Assembly (NCBI GenBank): GCA_050084985.1 | Contig: JBITNC010000001.1 | Span: 17,174,001 to 17,238,000 of the forward strand | Direction of reading: 5' to 3' | From: Nageia nagi | Taxonomy: Eukaryota; Plantae; Pinophyta | Length of the DNA stretch: 64,000 nucleotides | Part shown: positions 36,187 through 50,500 of the stretch, one piece after another | Layout: each line of letters begins with the position of its first letter | Position numbering within the stretch: position 1 is the first letter of the stretch | Made by a program: the position numbers and the translations under genes | The notes under the pieces: model-generated | The model's database searches: none | What the model was told of the DNA's origin: nothing | What the model saw: only the letters and a program-made list of their open reading frames with translations

Positions 36187-37704
36187 CTTAAAGTATTAAT
36201 GGAATAAAAATAGAAGAAAGATTAAAAATAGGTATGAGTTTAAAAATAGATAAAAGATTAAAAATAGAAAAGAGATTAATTATAGAGTGGATTTCTTCTT
36301 ATATAAAGAGAATAACCCTCCCCTTCTCTAGTTACACAATTGTAATGTAAGTTTTGCTATAGGTTTAGAGTGTGTGAAATAGAAGTGATTTTGTAAGAGA
36401 GGTCCTTGAGAATAAGAAGTTCTTAGTTAGTGGACGTACTCCCAAGGAGGGAGGAACCACTTTATATCTTGTGTTATTTGTGTGATTGACTTTAGTTATT
36501 GTGCTATTGTGTTGATGTTGAAAGAGTTTTCTTAAGATCTTGGGAGATAAGAAGTTAATTCAAAAAGGGTTAATTTCTTCATTAAATAAATAAATAATAA
36601 GAACTTCATATGAGTAGAGAGAAATTTATTTTATATCCCATCAACAAATTATAAGATATTCAAATAAAATTCACAAGATTTGAAAGATATTAAATGAAAG
36701 GTATTTAGTAATTACAATCATTATATATTGGATAATTTAATGTAAGTGAGGTGATGATAAGTGGATATGGCTAATGAAGGATTTATTGAGATGCATGAGA
36801 TCAATTTTTGTAAAGGATTTCATTTTGTATAATTTTATACAATTTATATTGTAAAAATTAATCTATGGGTTCATATTGTTCATTTGGATATAGTTGTCTT
36901 AGGTATAGTAGTTTGGATAATTCAAGCAAGGTTATACAATTTGTCTAACATAAATTGATCTATACAAATTATATTTATTATTGGTTGTGTTCTAGATATA
37001 AATTGGAGTGTTATTATAAATATATTATTTGCTTTTTTTATGCTAAAATTCTTTTTAAAGGGTCCATAAAATGTTAAGACATATAAAAGTATTTAATTAA
37101 TTTTTCATTATCTTATTACTTTGTATCTGCATAAGAAGGATAATGGAGTACAAGTTTTTTAAATTAATCATGTATGTGAGCATGCCTAAATCTAAAATAA
37201 TAAATAATATATATATAACATAAGTTTTTTAACATCCTTTTAAACCCAATGATTTGTAGGATCTATCATAGTTTTTCCAAAGACAAATATAAATCAATTA
37301 TTTGTTTAAATGATTATTTCTAATAGAATTAATATGTACAGTAAAATCATTAATCAAGTGATTTGATTATTTGGTTTAAGAATTAATGCATCAAGTTGTA
37401 ATTACAAATATCTTTAAATTTCTGTTTAATATATTTGTAAAGTGGATGGATAAGGAAAAAATGAGTTTCATATTATATGGAATTTAGGTTACAAAGCTTA
37501 TATATTCTATTATCCTAAGGTGTTTTAGGTATTGTTCAACTACTAGTTTCACTATGTAGTTCATGTGAATTAGTTATTAACTTTATGATCACAAGTTTCT
37601 TTTTGAGAATGATGATCTTATGTGGGTAGGATGGATGTTCTAGTTTTGGGTTAGTCATATTTTCATAGTGACCTAATTTTGTTTTAACCTAATAGAACAT
37701 AAAA

Positions 37705-39655
37705 CTTTGATACCAAATGAAAGATTTAAAGGTTGTGAAGTTAGTGAGGTCACCAAAAATTAACTTTTTAAAATTGTTGATTTTTCTATATGGTTAGATA
37801 AAGCTCATTAATAGCTTTTTAATGGTTACTTACATGCCTCAAACAAAGCTATAAAACTTTGATAAATTTCATTTTAAGTTATGTTCACTATAAAGGTAGT
37901 CAACATAATGATTTGAAATTCTTGTGACTTTTGAGAAGATTGGTAACAAAATCTTGAAATTGTTGACAAGAGAACTTAACTTATTCAAAGTGCTAAGTAT
38001 TATATATGGTTAGAAAGGTCTCAAATCAAAGAGAGATTTCCAATGATATATTACTCACCCAAAATGGATTAATAGAGATCTCCTACACTTTAAGGTGAAA
38101 TGAAATCTAATTGTAATTGATTTATGGTGATTCATAGGTTGATGAAAGGGCTTAAAAGAATGTAATGACTTTATGTATATTTGCACACAAAGCATTAAGT
38201 TTTATATATGAATGGAAAGATCTTGAAAATAGATTTATAATGGTACAAAAATATATAAGTTTAGAATTATATATCTCTAGTAATTCATGATAACATGTCT
38301 ACTACAAGTTAAAATGACCATATCCCAATGAAAGTGGTGATGTAATCAAGATTTGCATACAAAGTATGGAAAATTGTATATGGTTGGAAAGTTCTTGAAG
38401 AGATATTTCTAATGGTGTATTGTGCACTTTAAACAAAGGTCTATAGAAAAAAAAGATTAGTCCTCAAAATTCAACTAATTTTTCTAGGCAAAGCCCATAA
38501 ACTCACATAAATATTTCAAAAATAAAACACATAAAATGCATAGAGAAAAACCTCAAAATATAAATACTAGTAAGAGAAATTGAATAAGCTTTCTAGGTAT
38601 CAAAGAAAACTTCTATATTTATTTTATTAATAAAAATGACTCCTTTTACATACAAAGTTACAAAATGTAAACTACACTTACAGCTTAACTTCAATGAAAA
38701 TCTATTTCTACTAGATATAAAGTGATCCATACAATCCATAGAGGAGTAGATTAAGTGCAAGGAGTACCAATAGTTGAGAGCAAATCGAGATGAGTTAAAG
38801 AAGAGGTATAGGCATCCATATCTTGTACTAGAAAAGGAATGTGGAAGTATTAAACTTCTAACTTAGAATTGCATGGAGAACAAAAATCAAATTTATATAA
38901 GGAGATCAATTTATGAAACCATGGTTGACTTTGAAGATAGAGGCAAAAAAACTAAAATATTCCCCATTAGCTAAATTAATTTATTTTCCTTCATTCTCCC
39001 TCTTATTATCAATGGGTTGTATATCAATTTAATTTCTTAAAGCCTAAGACCATTCCTTTTGACAAAACCTTGGTGAAGATGTTGGCAAGTTGATCTTCAT
39101 ATTTATAAAAAAACAAAGTTAACAAATCCATCTTTCACTAAATCTTGGGTGAAGTGATAATGAAAATCAATATTCTTATTATTTATATGAAATAATGAAT
39201 TCTTTGCCATGGTTACAGTGTTAGTGTTATAGTGAATCTTTATAGAATGGAAAATTTTCATTCCTAAATTTTAAAATAATATTATCATCCAAATAGCTTG
39301 AGTATAAGTAGAGGATGCAACCATATATTTTACTTCTATAGTGGGTAATGCACTTTTGTTTTTACTTTTTATTATTTTGTGAAACTAGCTTATCACCAAA
39401 AAAGGAATCATACATAAATGTACTCTTTATATAGTCAATAATACCTACCCAATTTGCATTTGTATATGCTTCATGTTCATAAGTATTAGTAACTTTATAC
39501 TTCAATCCAAAAATCTTTGTTTCATTCATTAGAAAATGATTCTCTTACTACTTTCCATTGAGATTTATGTGGCAATTGCATAAATTTGGTGACCAAACTA
39601 ATGACAAAAATAATGTAAGATCTTGTATTTATGAGATACATCATACTACCTACAA
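37705..39655 (-). mobile_element. Old Copia remnant (RT end/RNaseH ~39020-39655, PPT, probable LTR 37718-38993)
   Basis: Degenerate VGSMMYLINTRSYI, FHYHFTQDLV and EDQLANIFTK; PPT aagagggagaa next to 38994; TGAA...TTCA termini; PBS-like tggtatcaaag at 37715-37705. Confidence 0.6.
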
Positions 39656-40375
39656 TGTTAGGATATATTATATAAAAATTTGAATAAATCAATATACTCT
39701 AATCATAGAAGAAAAATCAAGAAAAATAATCATATAAAAAAACTAAGATAAAGAGGTAACATGTTTTACTCAATGTGGGTACATCCATTAGAAATATGTA
39801 GTCCTTGGTATTATCAATCCAAGCCATGAAGGGAGTAATCCTACAACCATACTATTGTACCTTCCTCTTTTATTTTATAAAGATTTCTCTCTTACAATAG
39901 TCTATCTCATAAATTCACTTCTATACTATTAATTCTATAATATATTACATACACTTATAGATTCATCCTCTTATATTTTTATACTCTTGATTGGAGCAAT
40001 TGTACAATAATAGAAAATGCCATATATATGCAACCTCTAGTTCTCAAGAATAGAATGGCCAAAAACCAAATTTGAACACTTAAAATATAATGCTCATGTA
40101 TTTGATTTATGATCAACCACTAATAGATTGATTACTTTTAGGTTGATTGCCACCAAATTGACTAGTCAGGATTGATCGATCGATTAGTATGACCAATTTC
40201 CTATCATCCAATTAGATATGTTGGTTGATCCTATGCATTCTAATTGTAAAATAGATTTTTCATACTTGGATAAATAATTAGGCTCCATATTCAATAATCT
40301 CCCACTTAGATACTAATTCATTGAAACATCCTCTAGTCCTATATTGAATATTCTTACCTTAATCTTCATTACTTA

Positions 40376-43277
40376 TGTAATGTCCCCATTTTTCATATTA
40401 TGCCTTGTACATAAGTGTGGTGTGGAGGTGTTTTGTGTGAGCATAGACCAATAAAAATGAAACTAATAACAAGGGAATAAATGTGATATTATTTTATTAT
40501 TTTATTTAGTGATTTGTGTTTGAATTGCATAGGAATTTGAATTATTGACGTTTCAAGTCCAATTTGTGGGACCCATCTTCAGAATCCCTAAATGAAGAAA
40601 ATAAAGTGTAACGTTCTTCTTTAAGTAGAGATAAGTAATATTTAATTTTATAAGATAAATGTAGGCTACATATTATTATAAAATACCAAAAATATAAATA
40701 TAGTTAAATTCTACATAAAAATAGCTTTCCAATGATGTAAAGAACATGAAAAATCGAGTTAAAATGTGAAAGTTATGGTTATTTTAGTATCATATTATTT
40801 TTACTTATATGTTTGTAAATTAGGTCAATAATAGGTAACCATTACCTACTAATCTCAACAACTTGGTCTCTATTAATATTATTAGGGTTAAATTTAATTT
40901 CAATAGCTTCTCTAATTCTTCGTCCTTGGAATTTATCACATCTAGCTAGGATTTCAATCTTATCCATGAGTATATGGTGTTTAGACTTATCTACATGTTA
41001 AATAAGGGTAGATTTGATTATTCTATTATATTGTAAATTAACATAATGTTATTTAACTCTTTCATGTATTGACCTACCTGTTTCACCAATGTAACAAGTT
41101 CCACACTTACACATTATCTTATATACACCTTTATGTTTTAAGGATTCTAAGTGGTCCTTCATAGATATGAACATGTTCTCTAATTTATTAAGAGGAAGAA
41201 AAATTGTATTAATATGTGCTTTTCATTAATATTTTAGATAAATTATGACTTAAACCCTTGACATAGGGAAGGTAGGCTACCACTATGTATGAATTAGTAT
41301 TATTATGGTCTAGTCTCTCATTAGTTTTTCCTCCTATCTTATTCCATGCATGTCTAATCTCTTTAGTAGAATAACCATTACTCATTAGTGCTTTTGTTAA
41401 ATGCATTTTCTCCTTATGTATATGATCATTATTTGGGATTCTAAGAGCTCTAGTTATAAGAATATTGAGTGCCCCCATTTTTGACCATAATGATGATGAG
41501 ATAGGAAAGGTATCTTACTATTATGTTCAATTTCTTTTGTAAATTGAATATAATCATCAATTGAATTAAGGTGGTTATGAAAACCTTCAAGATAATATTT
41601 TCCTTATGGCCAATTCATATTTGTGTCATCCACATATCTATACCACCATTGTGATCTTAAAGGAAATGAATCAAGAATCTTTATTTCAAACCACTCCATA
41701 TGTAAGTTGGCAACAATGGGAGATAATGGAGATCCTATTGCTACCCCATGCACTTGTTCATAGAAATTCCCTTTGTAACTAAGAAATGTAGATTCAAGGT
41801 ATATTTTAATCAAACCTAATGTGTCATGATCTACTAAGTTAGATATAACCTTTAGTGCTTTATATATAGGGATTTCTGTGTATTAGGAAACAACATCAAA
41901 ACTAACCAAAATATCACCATCCTTAACTTTATGATTCTTTAACTTGCATATAAAATGTTCAGATTTCTTAATGTATGAAGATGTATTACCTAATAGGTTT
42001 TTCAGTTTTTCCTTAGCTAAATATTTAGCTAACTCATAAGTTGGGGAGTCAATGGTATCCATAATGGGTCTAATTGGAGTACCTTCTTTATGTATTTTTG
42101 GAGCCCATATATCCTTGGTATAATTGATCTTTAAAGAATTAGTCTTTTCTTGGTTTCCTCATATAAAGAAGAGGATAAGATAGCTTTCTTTAATTTTTAA
42201 TAATTTTATTCAAGGGGTTAATATTTAATTTATTAATTTATTATGTTATAAAGGTGTATTAATAAAAAAATAAAAAGTGCCACCCCAATGAAAATAATAG
42301 AAAATTGGCTACATAAATAGAAGGGGCTCATTTGCATCATCTTGCATCATTTTATTTCTTCTACTTTATGTATTTGGCTAAAAAGCTGATACCATTTACT
42401 CTTGCAGACAAAAACCCATTTGAGTTTGGCCTTTAGGAAGAAAACCCTCTTGGTGTCTAAGACCAAGGATAGAAACCCCTGCATCTTATGAGGATAAACC
42501 TACATAGGTTTTACATTTAGACTTCAAATATCAAATTGAAGAGTATTTAGTGTTGATCCAGCCATTCAAGGCATCATTTTATATCAAATATTTAGAGATC
42601 AAATTTTATGGAGATTTATAACACTTGTCTTCCTTTTTAGTTTGTGGAACTTCGTATTTAATTTATGCGAGGATGCATGTTTCATATTTTGGCCTTGGAA
42701 AGTTAAATATTGGTCTAAAGGGGGTCATTTGACTAGTCATTTTGCATGCTCTTGTCAAGATCTATCCAATGATGTATTACTAGCATCAATCAAAGATGTA
42801 GAAAAAGTTATAGCATTTTGAAGATTTCCCTGCTGACATTCTACATTATCATCAACATTAGACTTTGATGTCCAGCTTGGATAGATATTTATGAGTTATT
42901 TAGAGGAGTTTTGGGAGATTCTTTAGTTTGGGATTTTTAGATTTGTTATGCATTCAATGATTGTGTAGTAATTATGGTATTTTCTTTAGCATTGATAGTT
43001 TATATCAAATTTTTAGGTGTGATATGTGTTGTTACATTATGCTATCTAGGGCATGCATTAGTCTATTTCCATTTCATAGATCAAGAATTATTCTAAATGT
43101 AGTTGGATTTCCTTCATTTAATGAAGCCACATTTTTACATTTCTTGTAATTTACATACAAACATTTGTGATCTAGTAGTAAGGGTTTTAAAATAATTGTA
43201 ATATGCAGTATTATAGTTTCAAATTTGAATCAAGATTTTGGATTTGAATTATATTTGTATAATTAGGGTTTATTACA
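40376..43277. mobile_element. LTR-like insertion in the 3' UTR of Copia C, itself hosting the Penelope-like element
   Basis: Inverted termini TGTAAT...ATTACA; Copia C 3' sequence is split across both ends; TATA-like ataaatag at ~42313. No clear TSD. Confidence 0.6.
40825..42240 (-). mobile_element. Penelope-like retroelement, RT + GIY-YIG endonuclease (Dryad-type), decayed and 5' truncated
   Basis: PRIYGL(P)KIHKEGTPIRPI..SPTYELAKYL; LVSFDVVS; FYEQVHGVAIGSPLSPIVANLHME; WYRYVDDT; LPYVKGLS; KGVYKIMCKCGTCYIGETGRSIHER; RRIREAIEI..PNNINRD. Confidence 0.93.
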
Positions 43278-44543
43278 TTTTGGAATATTATAACTTAAGA
43301 CCAATTAAAATTGAATAAAATCATAATTTCTCCCTATTTACCACCTTGGTTACTATATTTGTAAGATTTTGACTGGTATGTATCTTAACAAGCATCAATG
43401 ATCCATCCTCCAATACTAACCGTATGAAGTGATACCTATGCTAAATGTGCTTTTTCCTTGAATAAAAAGATGACTTATTTGTATAACCAATAAAACTATG
43501 ACCATAATCTATTATCCTCCTAACCCTTACCCAAATATTTCATCAATATTTGTAAAATTATAATTTTCTTGCTACCTTTTATATCAACCACATACTCTGC
43601 CTCCATGGTTGAAAGAGCAAAAACCTTTTGAAGCTTTGAAATCTAACTAACTTTCATTCCACCTATAGTGAAAATATAACTTCTTGTGCTTCTTCTACCA
43701 TCAATATAATCATGTTTGAATCAACATAACCTTGCAAGCCAGTGTTAGAACCCCCAAAATATAAAGAGTGAGTAGTTGTATCTCTCAAATACTTGAGAAT
43801 CTACTTCATTGCTTCCCAATTTTCTTTACCTAAATTATTCATGAGCCTTCTCATAACTCCCACTACATGCACTATATCTATTATTCTACAAATTATATCA
43901 TACATAAAATTACCAATCACTAAAGCATAAGGAACTTTTTCCATGTACTCTTCCTACTTTTGTGTCTCAAAACACATATGCTTAGTTAGTTTGAAGTATT
44001 TGGCCAAATGTTTACTTACCATTTTTGCATCTTGCATGTTAAACCTCTTCAACACCTTATCAATGTACTCACCTTGAAACAAATTTAGCATGTAATTTGC
44101 TTAATCTCTTATAATTCTCATGCTAGTGATTTGATTTTCTTCTCCTAAATCCTTCATAAAAAAATAACTTGTTAATTTTCTTTTGAGTACGTCAATGTCA
44201 TAAATGTTAGATCATTCAACAAGCATGTCATCTACATACAAGAGTAAGATAATATAATTATCATTATTTATTTTCTTAAAATTCATATAATATTTTTAAT
44301 GATACCTCATAAATCTTTGTTCCATCATAAACTTATTAAATTGCAAATTCATTGCCTTGGAGCTTGCTTAAGGACATACAAACTCTTCTTCAACTTGTAA
44401 ATAATATTCTCCTTACTCTTTTGGTTGATGCATGTAGACTTACTCATCCAAATAAGCATACAAAAAAGTTATATTAACATTTAATTTCTCAAGATGTAAT
44501 TCCTCTAGTACCACTATACTTAAAATATAGTCCTAATGGAAGT

Positions 44544-47500
44544 TGTTACTGCCTAAATTCTATTTTTTTTTTTTTAAATTTGTAGAAACTTTTTTGTTTT
44601 ATTAGTTAGGGCTTAATTTTTATTTATTTTCATTTTTTGCATATGTCATGTGAGTGGTTTAACCAAAACCTATATTTGTTGGCTTTAATCATACTTGGTT
44701 ATCGTGGTGAAAACAAGTAAGAATTATATCTAGTTAAGTTGGTAAAAGAAGATTTTTTTAATGTTTTTGAATCCATATCATGGATAAAGTATATTTTATG
44801 CTTGATTTGAATTTATACCTTTATGCTCAATGTGTTTGATCAACCTCCAAAGTTTCTCAGATAAGGACACCTAATAAAGTCATCCTTGGTCATTACCTTG
44901 GGAAATGGGTAAATAATCATGTCATAAAAATATAGTTGAAATTTCATGCTTTTGAATTTTTCACATTAAATTAATCTACATCACAAACTTAACACTTTTT
45001 ATTATTCATCAAACAAAGTTGTAGAACTCGAGATATTAAAGTTTCAAGGTTAATTAAATTTAATGAATTTAATTAAATTTCTAATTCACATGTATTTGAG
45101 TGAGATTTTGGTAAGTATGGATGATCAAAAGGTATTATGTATCCACTAATTAGAAATAAATTGGTCTTAGAGAACTCACAAAATTGATGGTTCAGAAAAA
45201 GGAGCTCGTATGCAGAAGTTATGCACTAAAAGGCAAGTGAATCTCTATTTGTCGATTTAATTAATTTTTGGCAAAATCACCTTAAGAATAGGTATGAACA
45301 TCAAAATATATTTTTCTCTATTAATCAATGATAAAAAAGGATCATATGACAACTTATTTCGATTGACATGAAGTAAAGAATGCTTCAAAATTTGTTCCAC
45401 AAAATTTTGACATTTTTTAAAGCCTTTTTACATTGGTCAAATCCAGTTGACCCTTAACAATGTCATCACCCTTTTCGGTCTGACTAACTATTTTCAAAGC
45501 ATAACTTTTCCTTTGGTTGGATCAAGTTGTAGCTTGATATTTTCATCATCATCATCTTCCATCTGAGCAATAATTTCTCCCTTTGTTAGATCGAGTTGAT
45601 CATTAATAAAAATTATCATCAATCATTTCGATCTGATTAACTAAATTCATGAAGATAACTTTTCAATTGGTCATATCAAGTTGTTTGATAACAACATTTC
45701 ATTTGGTTGGATTGAGTTGGTTGATACTAAATTTTTTTCATAAGTCATTTCAATCCAACTAACTAATTTTATGAAGATCATTTTTTAGTTAGTTAGATCC
45801 AGTTGATTGACAACAACATTTCAGTTGGTCGAATCAAGTTGATTGATAACAAAATTTCTATCGCCACATGTCTCTCTAGATTTGTAACATGTGTTTATAT
45901 GTACCCTAATATGACTATAAATAAGAGATGACCCCTCAATAGTATTCAAGGAGATTAGATCAAAGAAGATGATGATGAGAATTTAGAGTTAGAAAATTTT
46001 GAAGCGAAGTGTTGCTAATTTATTTTCACTTGGTTGGGTAGAGGACAATGATGATATTGATTTGTTTTTAGTTGGTTGGGTTGAGAATGATGATGATGAT
46101 AACATTGATTATTTTTTAGTTGGTTGGGTTGATAATGATGATGATGATGTTGATTGGTTTTTAGTTGATCAGGTTGAGGATGATGATGAAAATGATGTTG
46201 ATGATGATAAAACTTTTCAATTGGTCAATTTGAGTTCATCATTAATAAGTTTTCAATTGGCCAGGTCAAAGATGATAATGAAAAGAATTTGAAGTTAGTA
46301 AATTTTAAAGTGAAGTACTACCAATTAGTTTTCAATTGGTTGGGTTGATGATAATAATGATAATGATGATGTTGATTAGTTTTTAGTTGTTTGGGTTGAG
46401 AATGATGGCAACGATGTTGATGATGATAAATAACTTTTTTAGTTGGTTGGGTCAAGTTTATTATCAATAACTTTTTAGTTGGTCAGGTCAAGTTAATTGA
46501 TAATAATTTTTCCAATTGATTAGTTCGAAGATGAAAAAAATAATAAAAAATAAAAATATGTTAATAATTTTTCCAATTTTAGTTTAATTTTGAAGTGACA
46601 ATTGGCATGAGAATTCCAAGGGTCATAAGTAGTTGAAAGGTTAAGAAACTAAAGAGTCAAGGTAAATAAATGATCATTGTAAATAACCTCCTAATAGTTT
46701 TCATTATTTAGAAACTATTGTATTTTTGAAGAATAAAGTTTAATAATAAGAATTAATTGCTCTTATTGCTATCATTATATTGATGTTACTATTATATGAA
46801 TGCTTTATTTACTAGTTTATCATTAAATTAGTATTGTATGTAACCAAAGTATCCTTTTATGAAATTTGTAAGCCATGCAACAAGATTTGTAATTGATATC
46901 AAGGATTAATGCCAATGAATCAATATTAGTTTTGGCTATTGGATTGATAAAGTAATGATTGTATTTCTACTTTTAAGTTGTTATATGGGGACATTCTAAT
47001 TGTCTTAACCTTAAGAAAGCATGGCAACTAAAGTTATTCTAAATAATTCCTCTTACCTATTGATCAGTAAAAGGAAACATTTTCCAATCAAGAAATATTG
47101 CAAGAATTCATTAGTTTGAAGCCAATTGAAGAATAAGATTGAAGCCTAGTGACGATCTCCTTGTTTAAAAGGAGAATTGCATAATCCCTTGCTATCCCCT
47201 TTTTCTTCTCCAAGAAAATGTGGTTAATAGAATTGGCAAATTTGCTGGGGAAGTGAGTCTTATGCTTTGAAACTTTTGGCTAAGAGAAGTTAACCTAGTG
47301 ACTCTAAGTCAATCACTTGGGAAGCAGATTTTTTGAGTGTAACTAAAACCATAACTTGCTCTTTTTTTTAACAAAGAACCTATGATTAGTAAAAAAATAA
47401 AAAAATAAAAAAGAACTTACTCTTTTGTTTGAAAAGAGAAAATTAGGATAGGATTTTACTTAGACAAAAATCTATTTCTTCTATGTGCAAAGAGTCCAAA

Positions 47501-50500
47501 CATCTTATCGATGAATTTGTGAAGAAAGAGGATTCCATACACTAATCATGGATGATAGTGAATATGATTAAGATGGAAAACACAAGAAGATTCCTCAACC
47601 TTGGGGGGCTAATTCAACACCTTTGAATCTTAAAGGAGACAAACATAAGCTATCAAAACATATCAAAGACCTCCCTATTTTTTCAAGATATTTCTCAAGC
47701 ATTTTGATGGAAGAACATCTAGAGAACTTTAACACTTTTTTTGGTATAGTGGGAGTGGAACATGAAGATGTAGCAATTTGTCTATTTTTTTCAAACCTTC
47801 ACCAAAGGAGCCTTGCAATGCTATAATTTGCTACCATAAGGATGTATTCAAAGTTGGAATACTTTATCCAAATCATTCTAGGGAAGATTCAAGAGTAGGG
47901 TAGTTGGAACATAATTAATTAATGAATTGTTTCTTTTGAAGAAGCAAGAAAATGAGACAATTATTTAATTTATGGATAGATTCAATAAACTATATAAGAG
48001 AATACCACAAGAAATCAGACCTACTAATTCTATGAAAAAGTATTTCTTCATAAATGCTTTGGAACTTGAATTGTCTTATACGATTAATTATTGTATCCCA
48101 ATAAATTTTGATGATGTTATCTTTGAATTAGTAATGCATGAAGAACACCTTTATACTTCAAGAAAATGGAATAGGTATAAGGATAATAATCAGTAGAATG
48201 AATAGGTTGATCATCCTAAAAACTAAGAGAAGGTTGAAAAGGTTGAGAGTTCATTCTAATATAAGCAATATATGATCTTAAATGCTCAAAGTGTTCAGTA
48301 AAAGCCTTCAAATTATTCATTGAAAGGTAGAGAGAAGATATCTAGCATATTCTATAGAAAAATTATGGATAAATCAAAATATTTTGTGACAATGATAGAA
48401 ATCTAAGAAGCTCAAATTAGGCATCATGATGTTGGAAACTCATATTCTCCCAATATCATATATTGTGATGTATGCCAAGATGAAGGTCATGAATTGCAAA
48501 TTCTTTCAATGGTACAACATATTGTAGAATACCTTCAAAGTGAAAAATGTTAACAATTGATTGATGCAGATAAAGAATACTTGATCTCAACACTTGTTTT
48601 AGAATATAGGTTACAAAGATAAAGCAAGCATTCTAGTTGTTCCATGCCATAAGATAATCCTATTTTAGAAGAAGGATTTGAAATTTCGAATATGAGAATA
48701 GAAAGGGTTTCACAAGATGAAAAGTATTAAAATTTAGAATAATCAAATGAAGAAATAATAAAAATATTCCTTTTAGAATATGTAGTGCAACATGAAGATG
48801 AGAAATCTTGTGATCAGATTTTAAATGAAGATTAATATGATATTCACATTTTAGATCAAGTCCATGATGATCATTTTATTTATGAAGATTCCTTAACATC
48901 ATTGAAGAAAATCAAGTTATTAGAGGTATGTATTGCACATTTTGTAACAATCAAATTCATGACATCAAGGATTTCCTTATAATAGATCAATTGGATGAAA
49001 AATACATCATAAAATTCTTAAAAAATCAAGTATGCATAAGGAATGAAGAGATATTAATGTATTGTATGGACAATGAACTTGAAATAGAGGTGAAGGTTGA
49101 TGATGTTGTTTGGCAAGATCATGGTGAGAATAAAGAGTGTCAATCCCATAAAGAGTTTTCATATGGTGAAGATAGCCAATTTAAAGAAAGTATATGGTTT
49201 TCTGAAGATATAACACTTCTTTTGGATGATTAAAATAAGGATTTGGAAATAATGATGAATCAAGCATATTAAAAAGAGAATTAAAGAAAGCTCAATGATG
49301 AGTTTCATCATAAAGATCATGAAGATTGGCAACCAATTTTTAGAAGTTGTAAGAATGAAGGATGTTATGATTTAGATGTTGATAATGTAATCTAGCAACA
49401 AGTTCTTCTTAAAGAGCAACCGATTCTTCATCAAGCCTATCTTGAAAGAGACTATCTTCACAATGAGATGAACTATACCAATAACACTAGAGAGAAATCA
49501 CATAAAAGTTTACATTCAAACATGGTAAAAACTAATGAGGTATATAACATCTCCTTATTTGATCTCTTAGATGAAAATCATTATTTGTAATATTAGTATA
49601 CAGATAATTATTATTTTCTTCCAATGCTTGATTTGTAAGATTAATAAAATAAAATGAATTAAATTATGCATTCAAGCGAAAGGTGTTTTAAAAGCTATCA
49701 TATGAAAATGTTTGATTAAAAAGTTCCTTCTTTGGTATGGGATTTGTATTATATTTACCAAGAACCTAATGATAGGAAAAATATTTTGGAACAATGTCCA
49801 TTAATCCAACTACCTTTTAATGAATTTAGATATAATTATTTTCTCCTTGTTCCATGGAAGAATGATTTGAAAGAACCTAAATATCCTAATGAGACCATCA
49901 CTAGGAATCACAAAGATATTTTAGAATTCATTTATAGTAATATTGGTTGTAAGGTTAATTAGTGTAATATTGAACATATTAAGTGTTCAAATAGTTTGAA
50001 TGCTTTTTTGTAGAAAATACTATACATTTTTCAACTTCTATGTCATTCCCTATTCTTAATTCTTTTGAGACACAACTTGGGTATGATGAAGATTCATTCA
50101 TAAGTTTTGATGTTTCTAATCATCCAAATTTTCAATATAAATGGTTTGAAAGTTTTTATGTGACTATTTGTGTTGAAAGTGCTTCATTTAATTCAATTCA
50201 AAAGAAGAAACAAAAGAGTTTTAAAGATCAATTCAAATGACTAGTGGAACAAACCAAGATATAGGATCTTAGAATAACTTTTATGTTTCTTACATGATTT
50301 TAAATACTCTTGTTATTTTATTTATTTCTTGTGTTCATGTTGATTATAGTTTTCTTTGCAAATATTGTATCATTTCATATAATCTCGTATAAATGATTTA
50401 TCTTTCTTATTATACATGTCATGTTGTTAAGAAATAAGGAATTAGATTAACTTGAAAAATGGACTAATTTTGATATTGCCTGTGTCTTAAATAATCATGC

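Larger units (their letters stand above)
27802..36581 (+). mobile_element. Full-length decayed Ty1/Copia LTR retrotransposon (element A)
   Basis: LTRs 27802-28260 and 36019-36581; perfect TSD TTAAA; PBS tggtattaaagc at 28263; PPT aagggggag at 36010-36018; gag-PR-INT-RT-RH order at 30638-34503. Confidence 0.96.
39656..44543 (-). mobile_element. Copia 3' half (element C; same family as 4215-7154), interrupted twice
   Basis: 3' LTR 39656-40296; PPT aagtgggagat; RT-RH at ~43290-44543 (LLYVDDML, DGRRSTRSYIFTIGG, ALSTMEAEY, NREKL). Confidence 0.88.

Noticed and set aside
41604-41813. Telomerase, retron or group II intron RT
   Set aside because: The adjacent C-terminal GIY-YIG domain and PLE-specific motifs identify a Penelope-like element.
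45999-46292. Asp-rich repeat protein ORF
   Set aside because: By-product of (gat)n-containing LTR subrepeats; non-ATG start, and neighbouring copies contain stops.
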